A stretch of DNA of 63,917 nucleotides, counting the filler, from a bacterium (GTDB taxonomy: Bacteria > JBBIVP01), in NCBI GenBank assembly GCA_037439705.1. It is 9 parts of 9 records of this genome, joined end to end, with 100 filler letters (N's around TTAATTAATTAA, not from the genome) between each part and the next. Parts side by side here need not be neighbours in the genome. Positions count along the whole stretch, not along the records: positions 37,716 to 44,703 come from JBBIVP010000113.1; positions 44,804 to 51,786 come from JBBIVP010000114.1; 7 more parts are not named here. One strand, written 5' to 3'. Positions 38,968 to 49,004 of this stretch are shown here, in pieces. Position 1 is the stretch's first letter. The number at the start of each line of letters is the position of its first letter. A program made the translations under genes and the position numbers. Under the pieces are notes generated by a model. That model was not told where the DNA came from. It saw nothing but the letters and a program-made list of their open reading frames with translations, and did no database searches.

Positions 38968-41517
38968 ATGTTCCTCTTTGAAGATTTGATAAAGAAACAC
39001 AATTTGCTCATCATTATCATTTTTTCCATTGTTTTTTTATTATCCCTTTTCGGAATGAGAAACCTTCAATACGAGAAAACGATTACTCAATACCTTCCGA
39101 AAACGAGCGAATATGTAAAAGCATATTTTGATATTGAAGAAGATTTCGGAGGAGGAGAAATCGGTCTAATTGGTTTCAAAAGTGAGAATATCCTTTCTGA
39201 AGAATCTTTAAGAAGTATCAAAAAAATAGAGGAAGGAATAAAAAGTATAAAAGGGGTTTACAGCGTGTTTTCCATATTTGATGCCATGGACTTTGTTTCA
39301 AAACCGGAGGGCTTGGAAATAAATCCTCTCATAAAACATCTTAAACTCTCTGAGGAAGAAAAGGAATACATAAGAAAACATCCCGACTATTCATCCGCTA
39401 TAATTTCTGAAAATGGAAAAGTTTCTGTAATTGTGGTGAGGATAAAAGAGAAAGAAATCCTGAATGCGATCGGGGAAATCAAAAATTTGATAGAAAAAGA
39501 AAAGGGAGAACTTGAAGTTTTTTATTCTGGCTCTCCTTTTATTTCCAATTATATCATAAATTCTGTGAGAAGGGATATAGAAAAAATTTCACCAGCAGTA
39601 GCCATCGTTACTCTCCTTATCCTTGCCTACTTTTTCAAAAACATTACTGCTGTTCTCATTTCTATCTTAACCGTTGGTGGAAGCATAATAATGGTTTTTG
39701 GTCTCATGGGAATAATCGGTGAACCAATCTCAATTGTAAATTCATCAATACCTGCTCTTCTCTTTGCAGTCTCAAGCGCCTACGCCCTCCATACTTTCAG
39801 GGGATTTTCCATGACAAGGAATGTGGAAGATTACCTGAAAAATGTGGGCATCCCTATCTTTTTCTCAGCAATTACAACCTCTGCTGGCTTTTTCTTTCTA
39901 TTTATTATGGAAATGCATGCTATAAGGTTTTTTGGAATCCTCGTTTCAATTGGCGTTCTGCTCTCCTCATTTATCTCTATTCTTTTAATCCCCTCCATCT
40001 TTGTCTCTACAAAAAGATATCCTAAGGAATGGAACATAGAAAATCCGTTCCTTGAAAAAATTGTAAATTTATTTGAAAGTATATCGGAAAACAGGTATGT
40101 GAAATTTCTTATTCCGTTCTTTTTAATCCTTCTTTTTATAAAATTCATTCCATCTCTCAAATACAGAACAGAAGAAGAAGCTTTTTTCAAAAAGGGAAGT
40201 GAGCCCTTAAAAGGTATGGAGTTTTTTAACCGGGAATTTGGAGGAGCGGACTATCTTATGGTGAGAATCAAAGGGGATTTCTCAAAACCATCAACAATCG
40301 TGTTTGTTGATACTATTTCACAGATTTTAAAAGGAACAAAGGGAGTAAGCAGAGTTGATTCTTTTTCAAACCTTATAAAAAGGGCACAGAGCTCAATGAC
40401 CGGGATGTCGGTCTTTCCGTTTACATCCTCTGAACTCAATACAATAACCTTTTTTATTGAAGGGGAAAAGGAGGTGAAGGGACTTTACAACAAAGAGCAA
40501 AGCTCAACATTGGTCCTGGCAAAGGGTGATGCAGATGAATGGAATGATGAATACAGAAAAATTAAGGACTCCATCAATTCTTTGATTTACGCTTACAAAA
40601 ATGGAAAAATGGATTTTTTCTTCAAAAGAATTGAGGTCTTTAATTCATTAAAGGGATTTAAAGTCAACCCTCGCGAGGTTTATTCATCCCTTGAAAAAGG
40701 AATTTTTAAGGAAATTTCTCCTTCACTGCTCAAATCTGTATTAAGCCTTAATCCCGATATATTCAACCCACTGCCCCCTGATGAATTCATAGTCGGTCTA
40801 CTTAAATCCATAAAAGCTGGAAAACTCCAGTTCAAAGAGATCTGTTCTTTCTATGATGCAGATGAGGACCTTTGTGATGTAATGAAAGCAATGTTTGTGG
40901 ATTCCCTTGATAGGATTTCAAAAATAACAACCCTCAAAGAGGTTGGAAGATTCTTTTATTCAGGGGTATCTGAAGATGAAATTTTATATCTTCTCTCTCC
41001 TTTCTACATTGAATGGGAACCTTCGGAGATAGAAGTTTCCTTCGCCTCATCATCCCTCATAATGAAGGAGATTGAAAAGGAAATGAGAAAGGGACAGATA
41101 ATAAGCACAATCCTATCAGCATTCTTTTCCGCAGTTCTTCTCTTCCTTCTCTCTCAGGACATTATAGTTCTGCTCTACGGAATTATTTCCTCCATATTTC
41201 CATTCCTTATTCTCTGGACATTCTATTCAATAACTGGTATAAATGTTGATATGGGTTCACTTCTTGTTCCAAGCGTATCCATAGGACTATGCATTGATTA
41301 TTCCATTCATTCATTCTGGGGAAGAAAGATGAAAACTGACCTGAAAGTTATTAGCCTTGCCATAATAATGAATGCCTTAAGTGTTGGTGGCGGATTTGCG
41401 GGAATGGTCTTTTCAAGCGTCCGTCCCACCTTAAAATTCGGGCTTGGAGTTTCTTTCACAGTATTAATGGGAGCAATTTTTGCAATAATATATTTTTTCA
41501 GGGAGGTGAAAAGATGA
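38968..41517 (+). CDS. MMPL/RND-family transporter
   Basis: Two TM bundles with large periplasmic loops; SAITTSAGF and GLCIDYSIH. Confidence 0.85.
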   Translation: MFLFEDLIKKHNLLIIIIFSIVFLLSLFGMRNLQYEKTITQYLPKTSEYVKAYFDIEEDFGGGEIGLIGFKSENILSEESLRSIKKIEEGIKSIKGVYSVFSIFDAMDFVSKPEGLEINPLIKHLKLSEEEKEYIRKHPDYSSAIISENGKVSVIVVRIKEKEILNAIGEIKNLIEKEKGELEVFYSGSPFISNYIINSVRRDIEKISPAVAIVTLLILAYFFKNITAVLISILTVGGSIIMVFGLMGIIGEPISIVNSSIPALLFAVSSAYALHTFRGFSMTRNVEDYLKNVGIPIFFSAITTSAGFFFLFIMEMHAIRFFGILVSIGVLLSSFISILLIPSIFVSTKRYPKEWNIENPFLEKIVNLFESISENRYVKFLIPFFLILLFIKFIPSLKYRTEEEAFFKKGSEPLKGMEFFNREFGGADYLMVRIKGDFSKPSTIVFVDTISQILKGTKGVSRVDSFSNLIKRAQSSMTGMSVFPFTSSELNTITFFIEGEKEVKGLYNKEQSSTLVLAKGDADEWNDEYRKIKDSINSLIYAYKNGKMDFFFKRIEVFNSLKGFKVNPREVYSSLEKGIFKEISPSLLKSVLSLNPDIFNPLPPDEFIVGLLKSIKAGKLQFKEICSFYDADEDLCDVMKAMFVDSLDRISKITTLKEVGRFFYSGVSEDEILYLLSPFYIEWEPSEIEVSFASSSLIMKEIEKEMRKGQIISTILSAFFSAVLLFLLSQDIIVLLYGIISSIFPFLILWTFYSITGINVDMGSLLVPSVSIGLCIDYSIHSFWGRKMKTDLKVISLAIIMNALSVGGGFAGMVFSSVRPTLKFGLGVSFTVLMGAIFAIIYFFREVKR

Positions 41518-42233
41518 AAGGAGTTTTGGTATGTCTTTTTTCTCTGGCACTGGAGTTATCGCCCCAGGAGTTATTAAAAAAAGTTGATGAGGTGATTGTT
41601 CCAAAGGACGATTATTCCTTCACAATGAGGTTCAAAGTTCAAGAAGAAGAAGCAGGAGAAAGGGAGTTTGAGATAAGGGTATATGTAAAGGGTGAGAAAA
41701 GGCTTATAAGGTTCACCTATCCGCCTCAGGTTAAAGGAATGGCTGTACTTTCACTGGGGCATGATGTTATGTATGTTTATATGCCAGGATATAAGAAGGT
41801 GAGAAGGATTGCATCACATGTAAGAAATCAGACATTCCTCGGAACGGATTTCACATACGATGACATTTCCATTCCAACATACGGAAGGGACTACAATCCT
41901 ATTGATGCAGGTGAGGAAGGAGATTTTTATTATCTGACATTAAAACCGAAAGAAGAGGCAAAAAAGGACTACGGAAAATTAAAATTATTCGTGGAAAAGG
42001 AAACATTTATAGTTAGAAAGATAGAATACTATGACAGAAATGAGAAGTTAATAAAGGTTGAGAAAAGAGGAAATTTCAAAAAGGCAAAGGATTCATGGAT
42101 TGTCGGAGAGGTGAAACTGGAAAATATGATAAACGGGAGACTCCAAACTGGAACCACATCCGAATCTCAGGTGGAACGGCTTCCGGATGACCTCTTCACA
42201 ACATCCGCCCTTTTGAGGGACGAATCAAAATGA
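41514..42233 (+). CDS. Outer-membrane lipoprotein-sorting (LolA-like) protein
   Basis: LIRFTYP, YVYMPGYKKVRRI, FLGTDFTYDD and IEYYDRNEKLIK. Confidence 0.85.
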   Translation: MKGVLVCLFSLALELSPQELLKKVDEVIVPKDDYSFTMRFKVQEEEAGEREFEIRVYVKGEKRLIRFTYPPQVKGMAVLSLGHDVMYVYMPGYKKVRRIASHVRNQTFLGTDFTYDDISIPTYGRDYNPIDAGEEGDFYYLTLKPKEEAKKDYGKLKLFVEKETFIVRKIEYYDRNEKLIKVEKRGNFKKAKDSWIVGEVKLENMINGRLQTGTTSESQVERLPDDLFTTSALLRDESK

Positions 42234-43585
42234 ACTTTCTTATATTTTTGACTATCTCTTTTTCTTTGAGTGGACACATCCAGTCCTACTGGAGGGTTGG
42301 AACAGAAGGAAGGGCTAACATTTCGTGGATACAGAATACATTGAATCTGAAGGTTCGTCAGAACATAAAGGATAGAGTTATCCTTTACGGAGAAACTGAA
42401 CTTGATTATCTTGGCTTTCCGGAAGTAGACGATTTCAATAACCTTTTAAGGCAGGAAAAAATAAATCCCTTCAGAATCGTGGACAGAGAAATATATGTTC
42501 AATTCCCGAAGGTCTTCGGTCTGATTGACATAAAGATGGGAGACATAATAGAGAAATGGGGAACCGCAGATACATTCAATCCGACCGATTTTATAAACCC
42601 ATACAACCTTGAAGACCCTCTTGAATTTGGAGAAAGCATTCCGGTCCCTGCAATAAAGGTGAGAATTCCATTTGGAGAAATTTTTACACTTACAGCCCTT
42701 TACATGCCAATTTTCAGACCCGCTCAACTACCACTTTCATCCCTGAAAGCAGGAATTGAAGCTGCTCCACTACCTTCAGGCATTTATGAACTAATTGAAG
42801 ATATTAAAAACATCCCTGAACTTTATGTGGATTTTGAGGAGATTTTTCGTTCTGTTGAAAAAAAACCAGTCCTTCCAGATACTTCTTTGAAAAATTCAAC
42901 CTTCGCCTTCAAGGTCTCAAGTCTTATCTACGGATTTGATGTGAGTTTGAGCTTTTATCACGGAAGGGAAGATATGCCACTCCCTGCAACCGGTTCATTT
43001 GTAATTGAACCCTCTCAGGATGGAAAACTTTTTCTGAAAGAAGGAAAAATTTTTCTTCAATATCCTGAGATAAACGCCATAGGATTTGATACATCAACAT
43101 CTATTCCGTTCATAGATGTAGGATTCTGGTTTGAAGGAGGAATATTCTTTCCATCGTCAATAATGCAGGAGATAGATGTGGACGCACCCCTGGTAGGAAG
43201 CCTTTCGTTCAGTGAAAAAAGGCTTAAGTCTCCTTATTTTAAATTCACAGCAGGAATTGATTACACATTTGAGGGAGGTTTTTACACAAATCTCCAGTTT
43301 GTCAGGGGATTCTTTGATGAGATAGGAAACGAAATGATAAAGAACTACATTTTTGCAGGGTTTCAGGACCAGATTCTTTCTGACAGGATAAGGTACAGAC
43401 TTTTCGGTGGTTTTACGATTGATGACTCCAGTTTTGTCATATACCCTGAAATCGGATTTATGCCCTATGAAGAGGGAGAAATAGTAATGGGTGGATATGT
43501 GCTCGCAGGTTCAAGGACCTCAAAATTCGGACAGCCTGGTGCAGGAGGGGATCAGGTATTTATAAAGTTCAAAGCAGGATTCTGA
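42230..43585 (+). CDS. DUF1302-like outer-membrane beta-barrel protein
   Basis: WGTADTFNPTDFINP motif, C-terminal Phe, and position after the MMPL and LolA-like genes. Confidence 0.7.
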   Translation: MNFLIFLTISFSLSGHIQSYWRVGTEGRANISWIQNTLNLKVRQNIKDRVILYGETELDYLGFPEVDDFNNLLRQEKINPFRIVDREIYVQFPKVFGLIDIKMGDIIEKWGTADTFNPTDFINPYNLEDPLEFGESIPVPAIKVRIPFGEIFTLTALYMPIFRPAQLPLSSLKAGIEAAPLPSGIYELIEDIKNIPELYVDFEEIFRSVEKKPVLPDTSLKNSTFAFKVSSLIYGFDVSLSFYHGREDMPLPATGSFVIEPSQDGKLFLKEGKIFLQYPEINAIGFDTSTSIPFIDVGFWFEGGIFFPSSIMQEIDVDAPLVGSLSFSEKRLKSPYFKFTAGIDYTFEGGFYTNLQFVRGFFDEIGNEMIKNYIFAGFQDQILSDRIRYRLFGGFTIDDSSFVIYPEIGFMPYEEGEIVMGGYVLAGSRTSKFGQPGAGGDQVFIKFKAGF

Positions 43586-43592
43586 ATATTTT

Positions 43593-43718
43593 TTGTACTG
43601 AACACAAACATCGTGACCACCATTTTTATTTTTTATCTTTTTAGTGAAAGGTTTATGCTGGTAGGTCGGAATTACTTTTCCCTTTCCCCACTGGTAACAA
43701 TGTCTATGTTCTTATACA
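43593..43718. repeat. Dispersed non-coding repeat, copy B (copy A at 7926..8092)
   Basis: The same three blocks at 43593, 43624 and 43691. Confidence 0.85.
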
Positions 43719-43846
43719 GATTCTTCAGCAATTTTTGTTTAAATTATCGAGGTGAGAAAATAATGGCTGGAATTCAAAAGGGGCAAAACGACTTACATAA
43801 GAGGAAACAGAATGAGAAAAAATGGAATAATTATCCGAGATTCTAA

Positions 43847-44610
43847 TTACTTAAATTTTAGTCAATTTTTCTCACTAGGTTAGATGTGTTGATTTTTCTG
43901 CACTTTTCTATTGACTTTTTTGTTTTTTAGTGTATAATTTATACACTATGAGTTTTATCAGGAAAATAAAGAAGGGGAAGAATACTTATTTGGCATTAGT
44001 AGAAAATAAATGGGTGAAAGGGAAGGTCCTCCAGCGGGTGATTAAATATATTGGTAAAGAGATTAATGGTAGGGCGATTGCTTCAGCTCTTAATTTGGAG
44101 GGGTTATTAGGTGAGAAGGGGAGGTAAAATGATTGTTGTTTATAATCCCCAGTTAGAGTTTGTTCGCCGGGAGATAGTTTATGGGCGTGGTGGTAGTGAT
44201 GAGGAGGCGCGGTATCTTGGTTATTCTTTCATTTATCACAATACTTCGTTTTCTGCGGATGAAGTAGTGAGGAAGTATTATGAGAAAGGAGATAATTGAG
44301 CGGGCTTTTAAGAAGCTTAAGGGTATTCTTTCGTTAAGGCCTGTGAGGGTATGGTTGAGGGAGCATATTGAGGGGCATGTAAGGGTGTGTTATCTATCTT
44401 ATGCGATTTTATCATTACTTGAGTATCATCTTAGAAAGTTTGATTTATCAGCGTTGGAGTTATTAGAGAAGTTAAAGAGGGGGTATAAAATTTATCTTAA
44501 AGATAGCAAGAGTGGTTTTTCCTGGGATACAACAGTGGTGCTTGAAAAAAATAAATAAAATTCTTGACTACTTGGACCTATTGTATAAAATAAGGTAAAA
44601 ACTTAAGGAG
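43847..44610 (+). mobile_element. Internally deleted IS1634-family element (boundaries approximate)
   Basis: Transposase remnants, promoter TTGACT-N16-TATAAT at 43911, and imperfect terminal IR candidates TTACTTAAATTTT and AAAACTTAAGGAG. Confidence 0.7.
43948..44558 (+). pseudogene. IS1634-family transposase pseudogene
   Basis: The N-terminus MSFIRKIKKGKNTYLALVENKW...QRVIKYIG is joined out of frame to C-terminal Y-x2-(R/K)-x2-IERAFKKLK...LRPVRVW...HIEGHVRVCYLSY; the middle is missing. Confidence 0.85.
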
Positions 44611-44617
44611 TTAATAA

Positions 44618-44703
44618 ATGAATATGCCCACACAACGAGAAAAAATAGTTAAAAAAGCACTGGAGATTTTAGAAAATCGACCCAACGGAATTAGGTATTC
44701 TGA
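44618..44703 (+). CDS. 5' fragment of a hypothetical (winged-HTH-like) protein
   Basis: SD AAGGAG then MNMPTQREKIVKKALEILENRPNGIRYS, open to the contig end. Confidence 0.5.
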
Positions 44704-44803
44704 NNNNNNNNNNNNNNNNNNNNNNNNNNNNNNNNNNNNNNNNNNNNTTAATTAATTAANNNNNNNNNNNNNNNNNNNNNNNNNNNNNNNNNNNNNNNNN
44801 NNN
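44704..44803. other. Artificial contig linker
   Basis: N44-TTAATTAATTAA-N44. Confidence 0.98.
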
Positions 44804-44805
44804 GC

Positions 44806-45945
44806 GGTGTTGGAGTGTATGACCTTATGGGATACGGAGTTCACGGACCATCTCCTTCATACCTCTCTGCATGGTCAAGGTTGAAACTCGGATGGACAGA
44901 GGTTATTGATGTCAATCTTGAAAAACCCCAGTGCGGATATTTTTTAACCTCCTTCCTTGACGGAGGAAAAATTTTGATGGCTTGGTCTTATTATGAAAAT
45001 GAGCCGGGAGAACAATACTTTCTTGCCGAATTCAGACCGAAGAGGGGACTTGATGAAGACCTGCCGTCAAGCGGAGTTCTTATATGGCACATTGATGAAA
45101 TGATGCCATCAAACAACGAAGAATGGTATCCCGGGAATCAAATAGAAGGGAAACATTACAAGGTCGCCCTCGAGCAACCAGATGGATTATATGAACTTGA
45201 AACAAACAGTTATAAAATGTGTAAAGAGATTGCAAATGAAGGAGATTATTACAGACAGGGGAATGAATTCACCCCATATTCCGTTCCAGACTCTTCCTAT
45301 TACGGAGGTAGTTTCAGCTGGGTATGGATTAGTGCTGTAAAATTTCCATCTGCTGAAACAGAGGGAATAACACTCGTATTTGAGGTGAATACCGCACCAA
45401 CCTTTGAAGCACCATATCTCTATCAAAATCCACCAGACTCAGCAATTCTAAATGAGGAATATATGGCTGAACTGAAAATTGAAGGATCCCCATTTCCTGA
45501 TGTTGAAATATATGAACCTGAAGATGCAACTTTTGATGGGAAATATATAAAATGGAGTCCAAAAACCACTGGAGTTCGACATTTCAAAATCCATCTTGTA
45601 AATTGTGCTGGAGAATCAGATTTTGAATGGGATGTGAATGTAGAAAGGGCGAAGCTTGTCAAAGATGAAGAGGTTCAATACTGCCTTATTACCTATATTT
45701 TTAAAGAAGGAGATACAATTAACCTTGCAAAGATAATTAAGAAAATTTTGCTTCACATTCCGTCTGGAAAATCTGTCGTTAATTTTTACTACCTGAGCTC
45801 CAGATGGATTCTTACCTTGAATGAGCCTTTCAGAAGCATCTTCATTGAGTTTATAAAAATCGTTTTCAAAAATCTGTTCTTCATCATATATCTTCCACTA
45901 ATTTTCTTGAAAAAGAGATTTAAAGTGGTAGAGTTTAACCAATGA
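44806..45945 (+). CDS. M6 (immune inhibitor A) family metalloprotease, 5'-partial, with an Ig-like domain and a CFI-box-CTERM-like tail
   Basis: GVGVYDLMGYG, LSAWSRLKLGW, QYFLAEFR, GVLIWHIDE and VALEQPDG; tail YCLITYIF...LLHIPSGKSVVNFYYLSS. Confidence 0.8.
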   Translation, partial: GVGVYDLMGYGVHGPSPSYLSAWSRLKLGWTEVIDVNLEKPQCGYFLTSFLDGGKILMAWSYYENEPGEQYFLAEFRPKRGLDEDLPSSGVLIWHIDEMMPSNNEEWYPGNQIEGKHYKVALEQPDGLYELETNSYKMCKEIANEGDYYRQGNEFTPYSVPDSSYYGGSFSWVWISAVKFPSAETEGITLVFEVNTAPTFEAPYLYQNPPDSAILNEEYMAELKIEGSPFPDVEIYEPEDATFDGKYIKWSPKTTGVRHFKIHLVNCAGESDFEWDVNVERAKLVKDEEVQYCLITYIFKEGDTINLAKIIKKILLHIPSGKSVVNFYYLSSRWILTLNEPFRSIFIEFIKIVFKNLFFIIYLPLIFLKKRFKVVEFNQ

Positions 45946-46289
45946 ATGAAAACGGCAAAATTACCCTGACATTTCTTTTTGTTTTAGCGCTCATCGGAGC
46001 AGGAGTTTATATGCTGGTCAAAACCGTTCCAGTTTATATAAAATGGACAGAAATAAAAGGGGTTGTTGAAACAAATCTTAAAAGGGCTTTCATAAACTAT
46101 GAGGAGTTTGAAAAGGCAGTGATTGACAAGTGGAAGGAAATGGACCTTGACCTTTCCGAAATTACATTTTCTCGCCTTGAAGGCGATGAAGTTTATCTTT
46201 CATATACGAAAGAAGTGGTCTATTTCGGCAGATGGACATATCCTTTCAGGTTTGAGTTCAGAACCCATGTGAAATTAGGAGAAGAATAA
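45942..46289 (+). CDS. DUF4845-like small membrane-anchored protein with a pilin-like N-terminus
   Basis: NENGKITLTFLFVLALIGAGVYMLVKTVPVYI; leaderless promoter TTGAAA-N16-TAGAGT-N7-ATG at 45907..45934. Confidence 0.6.
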   Translation: MNENGKITLTFLFVLALIGAGVYMLVKTVPVYIKWTEIKGVVETNLKRAFINYEEFEKAVIDKWKEMDLDLSEITFSRLEGDEVYLSYTKEVVYFGRWTYPFRFEFRTHVKLGEE

Positions 46290-46832
46290 ATGCTTGTGGT
46301 AAATGCGAAGGATATGGACAGGATGATAAGAAGGCTCGGTGCCGAAATAGCAGAAAGCATAGGTGGATTTGAAAAAATAGGAGTGATTGGAATAAGGACT
46401 GGTGGGGTTTTTCTTGCACAAAGCCTTATAAAAGTGATTTCAAAGCTGGAAAAAGGAGTAAAAATTGAATATGGAATACTTGACATAACCCTTTACAGGG
46501 ATGACATATCAAGAATAGGTCCAAATCCTGTAGTAAAAGAAACAAAAATTGATTTTCCTGTTGACAATCTTCCCATAATTCTTGTGGATGATGTATTTTA
46601 TACAGGAAGAACGGTCAGGTGTGCACTTGATGCAATAATGGACCTTGGAAGACCCAAATGGATAAAGCTTGCAGTTCTGGTTGACAGGGAAGAAAGGGAA
46701 CTTCCAATAAGACCTGATTTCTGCGGCACAAAACTTTCTGTCAGAAAAGGTGAGAAGGTGGTAGTAAAATTTGAGGGAAAGGATAGAGGGATTTATGTCG
46801 AAAGTGCATTTCAAAAGAAAGCATCTGCTTGA
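46290..46832 (+). CDS. pyrR: Pyrimidine operon regulator/uracil phosphoribosyltransferase
   Basis: [26 protein letters not shown] and RELPIRPDF. Confidence 0.95.
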   Translation: MLVVNAKDMDRMIRRLGAEIAESIGGFEKIGVIGIRTGGVFLAQSLIKVISKLEKGVKIEYGILDITLYRDDISRIGPNPVVKETKIDFPVDNLPIILVDDVFYTGRTVRCALDAIMDLGRPKWIKLAVLVDREERELPIRPDFCGTKLSVRKGEKVVVKFEGKDRGIYVESAFQKKASA

Positions 46833-47727
46833 GATAAAGAGCCTCTCAAAGGAGGAAATAGAGACCATAATAGAAACTGCAAGGTCAATGAGGGAGGTCC
46901 TTTCAAGACCGATTAAAAAGGTTCCTGCCCTGAGAGGAAAAACTGTGGTGAATCTGTTTTTTGAACCGAGCACAAGAACAAGAACATCTTTTGAACTTGC
47001 GGCGAAATCTTTAAGCGCAGATGTAGTAAATTTTGCTGCCCAGGCTTCAAGTGTCGTAAAGGGAGAAACCCTCCTTGATACCGTAAAGAACATAGAAGCG
47101 ATGAATGCGGATATAATTGTGATAAGGCATTCTGCAGAAGGCTCTCCCCACTTTCTTGCTGAAAGAACAAAAGCATCCATTGTAAATGCAGGAGACGGAG
47201 CCCATGAACATCCCACACAGGCTCTTCTTGATTTACTAACCCTTCTTGACCACAAAAAAAGGGTGGATGGTCTTCTCATAGCAATAGTGGGAGATATTCT
47301 TCACAGCAGGGTTGCCCGTTCTGGAATATATTGCTGGAAAAAAATGGGTGCTCATGTAAGGGTTGTTGGACCACCCACTTTGATGCCAAGGTTCATTGAG
47401 GAACTTGGAGTGGAAGTTTATTCCGACCTGAAAGAAGGACTTAAAGATGTGGATGTGATTTATACCCTGAGAATTCAATTAGAGAGGCAGAAGGGTTCTT
47501 TCTTCCCCAATCTTTCGGAGTATTCTTCAATCTATGCAATAACTCCTGAAACAATAAAATATGCCAAAAAGGACGCTGTTGTCATGCATCCCGGACCGGT
47601 AAACAGGGATGTAGAACTTTTTGCAGAAGTAGCTGATAGTTCTCGTTCTTTAATTCTAAATCAGGTAACAAATGGAGTTGCTGTAAGAATGGCTGTCCTT
47701 TACCTTATAGCAGGAGAGAGAAAATGA
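46795..47727 (+). CDS. pyrB: Aspartate carbamoyltransferase catalytic subunit
   Basis: [23 protein letters not shown] and HPGPVNR. Confidence 0.98.
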   Translation: MSKVHFKRKHLLEIKSLSKEEIETIIETARSMREVLSRPIKKVPALRGKTVVNLFFEPSTRTRTSFELAAKSLSADVVNFAAQASSVVKGETLLDTVKNIEAMNADIIVIRHSAEGSPHFLAERTKASIVNAGDGAHEHPTQALLDLLTLLDHKKRVDGLLIAIVGDILHSRVARSGIYCWKKMGAHVRVVGPPTLMPRFIEELGVEVYSDLKEGLKDVDVIYTLRIQLERQKGSFFPNLSEYSSIYAITPETIKYAKKDAVVMHPGPVNRDVELFAEVADSSRSLILNQVTNGVAVRMAVLYLIAGERK

Positions 47728-49004
47728 AGCTCCTTCTTAAAAAAGGAAGGATAATTTCTCCGGGAATAAAGGACGGAGAATATGATATTCTTATAGAAAA
47801 CGGAAGAATAATAAGAATTGGAAAGGGAATTTCTGAAAAAAAGGCGAGAGTTATAAACCTTCGCGGTCTTCTTACCTTTCCCGGTTTCATTGACATCCAT
47901 ACCCATTTAAGAGACCCGGGCTGGGAATACAAGGAAGATATAGAAAGCGGTTCAAAGGCAGGAGCCTGGGGAGGGTTCACCGCAATTGTCTGTATGGCAA
48001 ATACCAATCCAGTTAATGACAATCCATCTGTTACAAGATACATAAGAGAAAAAGCAAAAGAAGTAGCAGTTATAAAAGTCCTTCCCGTAGGTGCTGTCAC
48101 AAAAGGGCTTAAAGGAGAAGAACTTTCAGAAATGGGAGGAATGTTTAAAGAGGGAGCGGTCGCCTTTTCGGACGACGGTAATTACATTCAGAATTCAACG
48201 GTTATGAGGAGAGCCCTTGAATATTCGGGCATCTTTGACCTTCCAATTATTTCTCATCCTGAAGACACTACCCTTTCTGGAGAGGGGGTTGTAAATGAAG
48301 GCATTTCTTCACTTATAAGCGGGATGAAAGGAATACCCTCAGAGTCTGAAGAAATTGCTGCATTTAGAGATGCTACATTGTGCGCTTTAACCGGAAGAAA
48401 GCTTCACCTCACTCACATATCAAGTAAGGGTTCTGTAGAAATAATAAGAAACTTCAAAAAGAAAAAAGTTAAACTCACATGCGATGTTACACCCCATCAT
48501 CTTTTCTTCACTGAAAAAGAGGTTTTCAAATTTAATCCGAATTTCAAGATGAAACCACCTTTGAGGTCAGAAGAGGACAGGAATGCATTATTTAAAGGAT
48601 TGGCGGATGGAACAATTGATATGATTGCTACCGACCATGCTCCACACGATAAAGCATCAAAGGAAGTGGAGTTCAATTTTGCCCCGTTTGGTGTGATTGG
48701 ATTACAGACAGCACTGAGCGTAGTCATCTGGCTGTGGAAAGATGGAATAATAAATCTTCATGACATTCCTGTAAAATGTTCTCTAAATCCTGCAAAGCTT
48801 CTTGGATTGAAGGACTGTGGGGTTATAAAAGAAAAAAGAGTGGCATCAATAACAGTGGTAAATCCGGATGTGAGATGGACTTTTACGGAAGACCTAATAC
48901 TTTCAAAAAGTTCAAATTCTCCATTCTTAGGAATGAAACTTAAAGGAAGGGCTGTGCTCACGATTTCCGAAGGCAGAATTGCCTACTATGATGAAAAATT
49001 ATGA
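47724..49004 (+). CDS. pyrC: Dihydroorotase
   Basis: [22 protein letters not shown] and ATDHAPH. Confidence 0.95.
   Translation: MKLLLKKGRIISPGIKDGEYDILIENGRIIRIGKGISEKKARVINLRGLLTFPGFIDIHTHLRDPGWEYKEDIESGSKAGAWGGFTAIVCMANTNPVNDNPSVTRYIREKAKEVAVIKVLPVGAVTKGLKGEELSEMGGMFKEGAVAFSDDGNYIQNSTVMRRALEYSGIFDLPIISHPEDTTLSGEGVVNEGISSLISGMKGIPSESEEIAAFRDATLCALTGRKLHLTHISSKGSVEIIRNFKKKKVKLTCDVTPHHLFFTEKEVFKFNPNFKMKPPLRSEEDRNALFKGLADGTIDMIATDHAPHDKASKEVEFNFAPFGVIGLQTALSVVIWLWKDGIINLHDIPVKCSLNPAKLLGLKDCGVIKEKRVASITVVNPDVRWTFTEDLILSKSSNSPFLGMKLKGRAVLTISEGRIAYYDEKL

Noticed and set aside
43613-43846. 77-aa ORF in the track
   Set aside because: It overlaps the non-coding repeat, has a low-complexity T-rich composition and shows no protein-like features.
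46509-47279. 256-aa antisense ORF, and the many other shorter antisense or nested ORFs
   Set aside because: These are shadows of well-supported genes (here pyrR and pyrB) with no independent signals.
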